Shown: positions 39,280 through 48,189 of the stretch, piece after piece
Layout of the letters: every line of letters begins with the position of its first letter
Numbering within the stretch: position 1 is the stretch's first letter
Assembly: GCA_002084875.1 (NCBI GenBank)
Contig: NBMH01000045.1
Span: 5,082-69,081 of the forward strand
Reading direction: 5' to 3'
Source of the DNA: Anaerolineaceae bacterium 4572_78
Lineage (GTDB): Bacteria > Chloroflexota > Anaerolineae > 4572-78
DNA length: 64,000 bases
Made by a program: the position numbers and the translations under genes
Notes under the pieces: generated by a model
Database searches by the model: none
Told to the model about the DNA's origin: nothing
The model's input: only the letters and a program-made list of their open reading frames with translations

Positions 39280-40185
39280 ATGCAAACAACAACAGCAATA
39301 AATCTACGCTACGAAGAAAGGCGTGGTTATATCTATCATATCAATCGAATCATACGTTCACTTCGCAACGATTTAGGTGGTGTGATTGGGCTTTTTTTAT
39401 TTTTCAGCATTTCCATCACGGCAATATTTGCTCCAAGCATTGCCCCTTATGACCCATTACAACAAAATTTGCGTGATAGTAAATTATCCCCCGCATTCAT
39501 GGAAGGTGGCACATGGAAACACCTCTTTGGCACAGACAAATTGGGACGTGATTTATTCAGCCGTATCGTTTTTGGAACGCGAGTTTCATTACTGGTTGGA
39601 TTTTTTGGTGTTCTAATAGCGGCATCAATAGGCATGTTCTTTGGCTTAATTGCGGGCTACATGGGCGGACATGTTGACAACGTTATCATGGGATTAACAA
39701 ATCTCATCCTTGCCCTACCATATCTATTATTTGTCGTTTTTATCGCTTCTATTTTAGGACGTAGCCTGCTCAATGTTATCCTCATTTTCGGTTTGACCGA
39801 TGCCCCATTATTCATCAGGCTGACACGTGGCGAAGTTTTACGCTTAAGAGAATCGGTTTATATCCATGCTGCCCTAAGTTTGGGAGCAAAAATGCCACGC
39901 ATCTTATTTCGCCACATTTTGCTAAACCTTGTTGGTGCATTGATCACAATCGCCACTTTCGAAATGTCAGGCATGATTTTCTATGAGGCAGGTTTAGGAT
40001 TTCTCGGTTTGAGCGTTCCGCCAAGTGTGCCGAGTTGGGGCAATATGCTATCGCAAGGGCGCGATACATTGACAACTTATCCATGGATAGCCACCTTTCC
40101 TGGTCTGGCAATCATGGTTACATCCCTTGCCATGAATTTGCTTGGCGATTGGTTGCGTGATTTCTTCGACCCACATCGCCATTAA
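39280..40185 (+). CDS. ABC transporter permease (DppC/OppC-like)
   Basis: HLFGTDKLGRDLFSR, YIHAALSLGA, GLGFLGL..PSWG.ML, GDWLRD. Confidence 0.93.
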   Translation: MQTTTAINLRYEERRGYIYHINRIIRSLRNDLGGVIGLFLFFSISITAIFAPSIAPYDPLQQNLRDSKLSPAFMEGGTWKHLFGTDKLGRDLFSRIVFGTRVSLLVGFFGVLIAASIGMFFGLIAGYMGGHVDNVIMGLTNLILALPYLLFVVFIASILGRSLLNVILIFGLTDAPLFIRLTRGEVLRLRESVYIHAALSLGAKMPRILFRHILLNLVGALITIATFEMSGMIFYEAGLGFLGLSVPPSVPSWGNMLSQGRDTLTTYPWIATFPGLAIMVTSLAMNLLGDWLRDFFDPHRH

Positions 40186-40247
40186 TTGTGCCAGGCACGG
40201 GCAGATACAAGGTAATGTCCTTACATTACTCAATTTGAAAATCAAAA

Positions 40248-41058
40248 TTGATTATGCAAGACCACCAAATTATGAAAAATGAAACGACATCTGTATCACA
40301 AAAAATGATTTTGTGGCTGTTTTTATCTTTAGCATTTTTTCTCATGGTTGAGGATATTCATCGTTTGACTAATCGTAAAACATTGGAAGAACGCATAGGT
40401 TTACATCAAGTTATTGTCTCTGGTGAATCCGCCCCCCCTTATCGTTATCGCATTTTAGTACATTACGGCGGTGAATGGTTTATACAACGCCTTACTACAC
40501 AACTGCCTTATGCAACTGCATTTTGGATAACTTACGCCATGTATTATTTTTTAGTGATTTACCTCATGTTTAATGTATCTTTCATGTACTTCACAATATG
40601 GCTAGATGATACCGTTGCTTTAATCGGTGTATTGTATATCGGCATAACCTTAGCAGTTGGGTTTCGTCATCAATTTTATCCCTATTCCTTTTTAGAAGTA
40701 GTATTGTTTACTTTATTTTATCGGCAGCCTTAATCGTGAGACCGCCATTTTTTATGTCTTGGCATGTGCATTGAACGGCGATTGGACACAGCGAAAACAT
40801 TGGTTACGTGTTTTTGCTTACGGTTTAATATGGTTCATGGTCTATGCAGGTATCCGCTATGTATTGGGACAAGAACCTCATGTCTTCACCCTAACTGAAA
40901 TTTGGTACCGCAATACTGAAACGTATTCTCTCTATGATACCTTTTTTAATGTAACTGCATTTTTCGGTCCTTTTTTAGTATGGAGTGTCAAAGAATACAA
41001 ACATGCCCCCTCATTTTTTGTATCCTTTATTTTTACCAATTGGTTTGTTACAATTTAA
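40248..41058 (+). pseudogene. Split polytopic membrane protein (possible GT-C-like fold)
   Basis: APPYRYRIL in ORF 40248-40733; frame break near 40725 after which SLNRETAIF continues into ORF 40759-41058. Confidence 0.55.
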
Positions 41059-41197
41059 TCAACGTACTTAACCTCATGTTTTTATATTTGTGAATATCAC
41101 AAAGTAATATTTTTGCGTGAGTGCGAGATATTTTTTGCACTCACACAAAAAATTGCGAACTCCACGTTTTCATTGTACATGTAGGATTACCAATTTT

Positions 41198-41223
41198 TAC
41201 AACCGCCTTAAAAATTCTGCGTA
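41198..41223 (+). promoter_or_regulatory. Putative autoregulatory ECF (SigW-type) promoter
   Basis: TACAAC-16 nt-CGTA resembles the TGAAAC-N16-CGTA consensus; directly upstream of the ECF sigma gene. Confidence 0.5.
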
Positions 41224-41249
41224 TATGGAATATGCAGGGAGAAAAGAAT

Positions 41250-41888
41250 ATGCAATTAAAACTTAAGCAAGAAACAGAGCAAACATCAACCAAATTTTTT
41301 AATCCCGATGAAGCGGCTTGGGTTGTCCAAGCACAGCAAGGGGACTCAGCTTCTTTCACAAATATTGTATGGGCATATCAAAATCCTATCTACAATTTAT
41401 GTTATCGTATGTTGGGAAATTCAGCTGAGGCAGAAGATGCAACACAGGAGGTGTTTATTCGAGCATATTTTAAGCTCCATTCCTATGATTCGAATCGTAA
41501 ATTTTCATCGTGGCTTTTTTCAATTGCCTCACACTACTGTATAGATACCCTGCGAAAAAGACGGATTAAATCAATTTCGTGGGAAGACTTACCGCCATGG
41601 CGTTGGCTACCTGCTGACAGTGAAGCTCAACCCGAGTCTGTTTTGCTAACTGACGAAGCAAACAGAGAAGTACATGCACTTCTTAATACCTTGCCCCCTG
41701 ATTATCGGGCGGCGATTATCTTACGTTATTGGCATAACATGCCGTATGAGGAAATTGCAAAAAGTTTGGATACCACCGTTAGTGCCATTAAAAGTCGGTT
41801 GTTCCGTGCTAGAAAAATGTTGGCAAATTCTGCCCGCAAGAACCATTCACAAGTATCGCTGATGAATAATATGGCATTTGCTAAATGA
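41250..41888 (+). CDS. ECF RNA polymerase sigma factor (SigW-like)
   Basis: AEDATQEVF, FSSWLFSIASHYCID.LRK, LPPDYRAAIILRY, YEEIA..L...V..IKSRLFRAR. Confidence 0.93.
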   Translation: MQLKLKQETEQTSTKFFNPDEAAWVVQAQQGDSASFTNIVWAYQNPIYNLCYRMLGNSAEAEDATQEVFIRAYFKLHSYDSNRKFSSWLFSIASHYCIDTLRKRRIKSISWEDLPPWRWLPADSEAQPESVLLTDEANREVHALLNTLPPDYRAAIILRYWHNMPYEEIAKSLDTTVSAIKSRLFRARKMLANSARKNHSQVSLMNNMAFAK

Positions 41889-41961
41889 TAACAATACAAG
41901 AAAATATCAGACAAGGCAGATTTCAAAACTGTTCTTGTCTTAACTAAAGAGGACTGGAGAA

Positions 41962-42450
41962 ATGAGTAAATTTCATCGAGAGACATTTACAAACGAAGAA
42001 TTAGTAGCACTGCAATACATGGAACAATTGTTTGCTAGTATGCCGTGTGCTAAGCCACATCCAAATTTTGTCGCCATGTTTGAGGTTCGTTTGGCTCAAA
42101 GAATAAAGCAACGACAAACAAACAAAGGCGTGATAGTTATCAGCATGATTGTTGTGTTGGCAGCTGGGCTGTTGGCATGGGCGGTTGCTGAACCAAGTTT
42201 GCAATTGTTGGCATGGCTCAATCAACAAAGTATCGTTATTGATTTCATTACGATTATTGAAAACACGTTAGCTACCGTACCGATTTTGTTCAAATCTATT
42301 TTACTTTTGGCTGAATCAATGATGATTCTTATACAATACCCTATCGCATGGGCATACATAGCTGTTACCATTGGACTGGTAGCCTTATGGACACAAACCC
42401 TGAAATGGATGAGTACATCCACAACAGGAAATAATGTCAGCTTCACATAG
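41962..42450 (+). CDS. Putative membrane anti-sigma factor
   Basis: P.PNFVA.F..RL motif then 2-3 TM helices, directly after the ECF sigma gene. Confidence 0.6.
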   Translation: MSKFHRETFTNEELVALQYMEQLFASMPCAKPHPNFVAMFEVRLAQRIKQRQTNKGVIVISMIVVLAAGLLAWAVAEPSLQLLAWLNQQSIVIDFITIIENTLATVPILFKSILLLAESMMILIQYPIAWAYIAVTIGLVALWTQTLKWMSTSTTGNNVSFT

Positions 42451-42617
42451 GATGGGTATCTTGCCCGTCCATGTATCACAGGTATTCTGCTTGTGGACAG
42501 TTTATTTTTTGTATGTCAGGTTTCCTATACCTGACAACCATGTGCGGTAATAAAATCGCACTACAAGTTACTATGGACAAACTAAAAGCCTGTCCTACAT
42601 GTTTAAGGAAATAAACA

Positions 42618-43814
42618 ATGAAAAAAATCATATTAACAATTAGTCTAATTATGATATTTGTGTTATCAGCCTTACCCGTAACTGCTGATGACCCTAGCAT
42701 AGGTGGTAGTGTTGAAGTCTTAGGAGAAAACTACACCTTAGCAAAGAATCATGTTGTTGAAGATGTAGTTGTCTTCGGCGGCAAGTTTAAGATGGAAGAG
42801 AACAGTCGTGTAGATGGTGATGTTGCTATTCAAGGTGGCGAATTTCAGATGGATGAAAATTGTCATGTAGATGGTGATGTGGTCATGGTTGGCGGACTGT
42901 TCAAAATGGATGATGATAGTACAGTTAATGGCGATGTCATTGTTTTTGGTGGCAATGCGAAAATTCAAGGATACGTCGACGGTGATGTAGTTGCGATTGG
43001 TGGTAAAGTAAAAATCAGCGACGAAGGTGTAGTTACTGGCGATGTAAAAACTTTGGGCGGTACTATTGAAACCGATGAATCGGCTCTTATTCTTGGAGAA
43101 CGATTAGATAATCCTTTCCTTTGGTCTGACTTTCCCACACTTTCCGATGAAGACTTTGAGTTTGAACACCATGGTACATACGACTCAGGTGAAGAAACAG
43201 AAGATGAAGTATCTGAATCAGAAAGTCGTGGGGGACCAAGAAAATGGAAAGAACATGGTGAGTGGCGACACTACGACCATCAAGAATCGGGCTTTTTCTT
43301 TGGCAGTATTAAAAAAATTATCATGAGTATATTGGTTGCTTTCTTAGCGGCTTTGATGGTTGCCTTATTCCCTAGACATATCAGTACTATTGAAGATACC
43401 ATGAGAAATGCGAGCCTAAAAAGTTTCTTTGTCGGCTTGATTACTCCGATTACTGCAGTTGTCTTAATGGTAGCATTGTCACTCTTTTTCTGGCTCATTA
43501 TTCCTGCTATTGCTGCCATTGCAATTCCATTTATACTAATTGGAGCTGTTTTTGTCGGCAAGATTGTAGTAGGTAAATTGTTAGGACATAAAATATTTAG
43601 TGCCTTTCATATTACTGAACATGCTGACGTTTCGGCAACATTGCTTGGTGTGTTAGTACTAGACTTATTTGTCATGATGCCATTCATTGGTTACATCCCA
43701 ATTGTCGGTCATTTCTTAAATGCTATCAGTATTATAATTGGTTTGGTTTTGCTGTTAGTCGGTTTAGGGGCAGTAGTACTATCCCGATTTGGAACACGAG
43801 CATACAATTCGTAA
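42618..43814 (+). CDS. Polymer-forming/bactofilin-like beta-helix membrane protein
   Basis: Signal peptide, tandem repeats of about 19 aa V(D/N)GDV.V.GG, acidic linker, multiple C-terminal TM helices. Confidence 0.82.
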   Translation: MKKIILTISLIMIFVLSALPVTADDPSIGGSVEVLGENYTLAKNHVVEDVVVFGGKFKMEENSRVDGDVAIQGGEFQMDENCHVDGDVVMVGGLFKMDDDSTVNGDVIVFGGNAKIQGYVDGDVVAIGGKVKISDEGVVTGDVKTLGGTIETDESALILGERLDNPFLWSDFPTLSDEDFEFEHHGTYDSGEETEDEVSESESRGGPRKWKEHGEWRHYDHQESGFFFGSIKKIIMSILVAFLAALMVALFPRHISTIEDTMRNASLKSFFVGLITPITAVVLMVALSLFFWLIIPAIAAIAIPFILIGAVFVGKIVVGKLLGHKIFSAFHITEHADVSATLLGVLVLDLFVMMPFIGYIPIVGHFLNAISIIIGLVLLLVGLGAVVLSRFGTRAYNS

Positions 43815-43875
43815 ACTACCCACCGATGCTGTTAGGCTCGGTGGGATCCCAGGTTGATTAGCTTCAGCCACCAAT
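43811..43875 (+). ncRNA. Truncated omega-RNA/HEARO-like fragment, second copy
   Basis: GTAAACTACCCACCGA..TCGGTGGG..CAGGTTGATTAGCTTCAGCCACCA; cut off by a family C repeat at about 43880. Confidence 0.5.
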
Positions 43876-43943
43876 CTATAGGGCTGTTTAATGCTAAAAC
43901 AAAAATATGGCTTGGGATGTTTTTCGACATGATTTTCAATCAT

Positions 43944-44087
43944 GTGGTCGCACAATGGAATGATATTTTAAGTGTCCTCAAAGTCCAAAAAAATTTATTG
44001 GACATGAAATATGTTAAATATTGGGCATCAGAACTTGGAGTTACTGATTTATTGAAACAAGTACTATCCGACGCAGGAATAAGTTAA
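43944..44087 (+). pseudogene. C-terminal fragment of a nucleotidyltransferase-like (toxin-antitoxin-type) protein
   Basis: QWNDILSVLKVQKNLLDMKYVKYWASELGVTDLL resembles the QWRDVLGVLK...LD..YL..WA.ELG tail of DUF6036-like proteins; no N-terminus. Confidence 0.5.
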
Positions 44088-44094
44088 ACTAAGC

Positions 44095-44184
44095 AAATAA
44101 CAAGGCGTGGCTGGCGAGGGCAGGAGCTGGCTTCTATTTCAATTTAGCTGGTCAACCTGCCCCCGCCAGCACTTGGTGTTATGC
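44095..44184 (+). mobile_element. Integron attC recombination site (90 bp)
   Basis: R'' AAATAAC, 5-nt spacer, L'' GTGGCTGG (one extra base versus L' CCAGCAC), central GGGCAGG/CCTGCCC stem, 5-nt spacer, R' GTTATGC. Confidence 0.8.
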
Positions 44185-44259
44185 TCTTTAATAAACAGTA
44201 ATCGGATGAGGCAAGTATGAGTATATTAACCAAAATCACTAAAGAGGAGAGATTATAAT

Positions 44260-44881
44260 ATGATGATAGAACTAGCAATTCGTATGCGTAACAAAAATAT
44301 AGATGAGTCCACATTCCTGATGGCAAAAACTAAAGCTGTTCAGGCACTTGTGAGTATCGGTCCTGAGCGTGAATTTGAGCCGTTTTTAAACAGCCCAAAT
44401 CAACCTGATAAGGTCTATATTGGTTTGACAAAATATAGCGGTTATTGGGGCGATGCTCTTTTCTATGTTTAATATCAAACTTTGGATGAATTTGCCTAAA
44501 TTCATCCAAATGCAAAATATTATTACAGGTGTTTTTCTAAAATCAGAAGACACGAACTTTGACTATGTGAATTTCGGAAAGGGAGATAATATCACGGAAT
44601 TCGCCGTAATACGTCCCAATGGAATCACTGAAAATGAGCTTCGACAAGAGCGGGCAACGTATCTGATGAGACTTGAAAATGAGCAGGGCGTTGTCGGTGT
44701 TCATTCATTCAAATCGTTGTGGGGACTGAAAAATGCAGATGTGTTAGTTCACTGCATAATCTATCAGGATCGTGAAGCATACAACGAATTTAAGAAGAGA
44801 GAAGTCGATCTTTCTTATGTTGCTGACTTTACTAAAAAAACTGCTCCTTTAGTTATTAGTTCTTGTACAAATATAAAGTAA
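44260..44881 (+). pseudogene. Cassette-borne hypothetical gene, frameshifted (44260-44472 plus 44453-44881)
   Basis: GAGGAG RBS; two overlapping ORFs with related IE(L/F)A..R..ITE starts, suggesting one two-repeat protein; flanked by attC elements. Confidence 0.55.
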
Positions 44882-44909
44882 ACCAATAACTCCTTGAGAT
44901 GAAACAAAA

Positions 44910-44940
44910 GCATAACAAGGTGCTGCACCAGACTGCAAAG
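44910..44940 (+). mobile_element. Left half of a second attC (truncated)
   Basis: R'' GCATAAC is the exact reverse complement of the upstream R' GTTATGC, followed by a 5-nt spacer and L''-like GCTGCACC; no matching L'/R' downstream. Confidence 0.65.
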
Positions 44941-45140
44941 GTTGGAATCTAAATCTAACATGTGATTTCACAATGAACGCTCAAGAAAACAAAAACCTTT
45001 CTTGTTTTACCCCCCCCAACTACCTCTTGACATGCTACGAAAAAAAACGCATCTAAATTGATAATTAGGTGTGATATGAAAATAATTCGTCAATTTCTTA
45101 CTTTATGTCAACCTATATTTATATGCGTTTTACTTGCAAT

Positions 45141-48125
45141 CTATGGGCAAGTTAGACTGAACCAACTTTCTGCACTAGGTTTACTCTCCTCTAAATTACC
45201 TGTTTGGACATCAAGATAAACTGCTACAACAAAATATGCCTTATTGCAAGCGGGATTTGATTCTGTATCAAGCCAGCTTCTAGCACTTTTGCCTAATTCA
45301 TCTTCGCGGGCGGCTCGTGAGAAACTGTTTTCTGGTACATCAGCACGATATACACGGAAACCAACAATATATTCTTCATCACCCGAAAAATCCCAATCGA
45401 TAGTATTTTGTGTCCCATTACTATTTGTAGTACCATGCACATTTTCAGGTGGCGGTGGAATACGCGGTTTCACGGTGATATTGATTTCGGCTGAAACTAT
45501 TTCGCTATTTCCTTCCCTTTGGGCATTTAAGGTAAATGTCTTATTTTCTTTAATAAGCACTTCTACATTATCACTTTGTCCGAACTGTCCATAATCTGTC
45601 AATTCAACTTTATCTGCATCTTTTACTTCCCATGTAAAATGCACTGCTGAACCCGCTAATACTTCATAACGACGTACTCCTGCTGAGCTACCAATTTGAA
45701 CTATATCATCAGCATCACCTTCAGCACTTTCTGCCCTAAAGTAGAAAATGTTAGGTGCGGATGGAGTAGGCGGAAAAGGTGTAGCACTTGGTTCAGGTGT
45801 AATTGTGGGTGGAACTGTTGCTGTAGCGGTTGCTTCGGAAACTTTTATTTGTATAGAGGCACTTGCTTGAGATTCACCATTGGAAGCAGTTAGCAAAAAT
45901 GATGTTGTTTCACCAGGTGAAACCGTTAAGTTACCCTGTGCCTTCAAGCCTGGAATTGTGCCATAACCAGGTGAACCGACTAAAACAATACTGGTTGTTT
46001 TGCCCTTGACAGACCATGACAAAGTGATATCATCAGAGCCACCTTCTAATATGAGTTCCGTTGTCGAAGAATCAAAAAAGTCAATAACAGGTGGAGCAGG
46101 AGTTCCTGTAGGTGTAGCGGTTGGTGTTTGTGTAGGAGGAGGGGTGACTCCTACTCTAGCAACCTCACTTACTTGGGACCCATTTTTACCGAAACCTGCT
46201 AAGAAATATGTGGTATCTTGCTGTGGTGAAAATTGAATATTTCCTTGTGCGGGATAATCATCTCCGTTTAAGGTAGCATTATCTACATTGATAACTTCCC
46301 ATTGAAGACGAACTTCTTGACCAGCTGTAATAACTCTTGGATTCACACTAAAATATAAAATACCAGGCGTTGGGACAGGTGTTGGAGTCGGCTCTAAGAC
46401 AGTTATGTGGAAATTTTGTTCTTGTTCGCCATATTTATTTATGGCAATAATTTTATAGTCCGCATCTTGTATAGGGGCAACACTCCGAATAGCTTGCTTA
46501 AAACTTGGCTCCTCAAGAGGTTGATTTCCGTCAGGTCCAATAAACGTAACTTGGTCGGCATCGGCAACATCAATAAATATTCGTGCAGATTGCCCCATTA
46601 CCAGTTCTGTCTGTTCAGGTCTAAACGTGTTAATAGAAGGCAAAATGGGTGTAACAAAAACTTGGGCATTTCGGACAGCATCATCTTTGGTTAGAGATGG
46701 CATAAGACGAGTCAGCCAATTAACCGCCCGTAATTCATACATGGTCGTTTCATCGGGTTGGAATGTTTTTGAGCCATGTGTTTCTTCAAGAGGGTCATCG
46801 TTCAAACGCAGATTGACAAGTGGTGAAGCTTGCCATGCTAAAGTTACATCTCCCCCTGAACTAATTGTTTTACGGTCTGCATCAAACATATCAATACTTG
46901 GCCAAAAGAGCCATACAATAAAAATAATGAGTGATAATGCCATTAAAAATATGGGTAATTTGCCGATAAATGGTTTGTCAGTTAATTCACCAAACGAAGA
47001 AGATGGCGTTTGTTGGGCATCAACCACATTGGCATTGATGGTGTAATTATATCGTTTGTTCACAAAGCCAATAAATTTACGATTAAAAGGCGTAATATAA
47101 ATTTGGCTAGTTACCGTTCCTTCAGGGTCAACAAAAAATTCAGTTTGTCTAGCAAAACGCCCTTCGCCAGGAATATCAAATTCAAAATTACAGCCGCGTT
47201 CTTCGTCTGAAGCGTCTACGCGGATGGCAGTGGAGCTGTTTCCCAAATTAGTTAGTGAAATCTCAGCCATGCCAAATTCTTTAAACCATGAGATGGTTTG
47301 GCGGCGCGGGGCTATCTGTCCCATGCTAAAGCGATAGTATGGATTGATGTTTAAGGTTGCTCCGCGTACAGTTTCACGTTTATACGTTCGGGAATAAACA
47401 GCAATCCTGAAATGATGTGCTCCTGCTCGACTGTTAGGTTCTCTTGGAGGTTCAATTGTAACTGTAGCCGAAGACCTATCCCCGACATTGAGTTCAATAT
47501 CTGTCGGATAAATTGTAACCCATTCGGGCGGTAATCCATCCAGCCGAATATTAAATCCAGCAATCAAATCACCGCCATTGATAATTTCCAGCATGATAGT
47601 GACAGTATCACGAACGTTAACCGTCCATTCTATTTCAGAAATGGTGAAAATAACCCGCTCATCTTCCACATCAGGCGGTCGTCCAGCAAAACGTTGTTGA
47701 CCATTGATAGTTTGAGTAGGTATCGTAGGCGAAGCTGATTCGGGGCGAGTAATTGGTACTGGCATGTTAGCAGGCATGCTCGGCGGCGGCGGGGTGGATG
47801 ATTCAGATTCGAGCAGAATAACAGTATACCCTAACACTTCAATAGCATCCCCACTTTGCAAATTGCGAGCAAGATTAGGAGAAACAGAACGCCCAGCCAA
47901 CATGGTCTGACCATCACGGGTAAGCACAATCAAAGTATACGGTTTTTTTCGATAATCAATGACCGCATGAAAAAGAGCAATACCATGCCCTGTTAAAATA
48001 ATATCATTATCAGGGTGCCGCCCAATATTGCAGATACCTTTATCTTCTGCTAGGTCGTAAAATCCTATTTCACCAGTGGGACTAATAATTTCGAGTTGGT
48101 CTTTAACAGTCAATGCCCGCTCCAT
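45141..48125 (-). CDS. FHA-domain bitopic membrane protein with cytoplasmic Ig-like domains and extracellular Ig/FN3-like repeats
   Basis: IGRHPDNDIIL..HA (FHA), two Ig-like units, TM at about aa 392-409, repeated I..F..G..V.L.W units, PT linkers, C-terminal FN3-like (GFRVYR..Y.VVAV). Confidence 0.8.
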   Translation of the reverse strand: MERALTVKDQLEIISPTGEIGFYDLAEDKGICNIGRHPDNDIILTGHGIALFHAVIDYRKKPYTLIVLTRDGQTMLAGRSVSPNLARNLQSGDAIEVLGYTVILLESESSTPPPPSMPANMPVPITRPESASPTIPTQTINGQQRFAGRPPDVEDERVIFTISEIEWTVNVRDTVTIMLEIINGGDLIAGFNIRLDGLPPEWVTIYPTDIELNVGDRSSATVTIEPPREPNSRAGAHHFRIAVYSRTYKRETVRGATLNINPYYRFSMGQIAPRRQTISWFKEFGMAEISLTNLGNSSTAIRVDASDEERGCNFEFDIPGEGRFARQTEFFVDPEGTVTSQIYITPFNRKFIGFVNKRYNYTINANVVDAQQTPSSSFGELTDKPFIGKLPIFLMALSLIIFIVWLFWPSIDMFDADRKTISSGGDVTLAWQASPLVNLRLNDDPLEETHGSKTFQPDETTMYELRAVNWLTRLMPSLTKDDAVRNAQVFVTPILPSINTFRPEQTELVMGQSARIFIDVADADQVTFIGPDGNQPLEEPSFKQAIRSVAPIQDADYKIIAINKYGEQEQNFHITVLEPTPTPVPTPGILYFSVNPRVITAGQEVRLQWEVINVDNATLNGDDYPAQGNIQFSPQQDTTYFLAGFGKNGSQVSEVARVGVTPPPTQTPTATPTGTPAPPVIDFFDSSTTELILEGGSDDITLSWSVKGKTTSIVLVGSPGYGTIPGLKAQGNLTVSPGETTSFLLTASNGESQASASIQIKVSEATATATVPPTITPEPSATPFPPTPSAPNIFYFRAESAEGDADDIVQIGSSAGVRRYEVLAGSAVHFTWEVKDADKVELTDYGQFGQSDNVEVLIKENKTFTLNAQREGNSEIVSAEINITVKPRIPPPPENVHGTTNSNGTQNTIDWDFSGDEEYIVGFRVYRADVPENSFSRAAREDELGKSARSWLDTESNPACNKAYFVVAVYLDVQTGNLEESKPSAESWFSLTCP

Positions 48126-48137
48126 TTATGTTTTCTA

Positions 48138-48171
48138 AACCAAGAAAGGTTTTTAAAAATCTTTCTTGGTT
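48138..48171. repeat. Family A palindrome
   Basis: AACCAAGAAAGGTTTTTAAAAATCTTTCTTGGTT. Confidence 0.85.
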
Positions 48172-48189
48172 AAACTATAAAGGATATTA

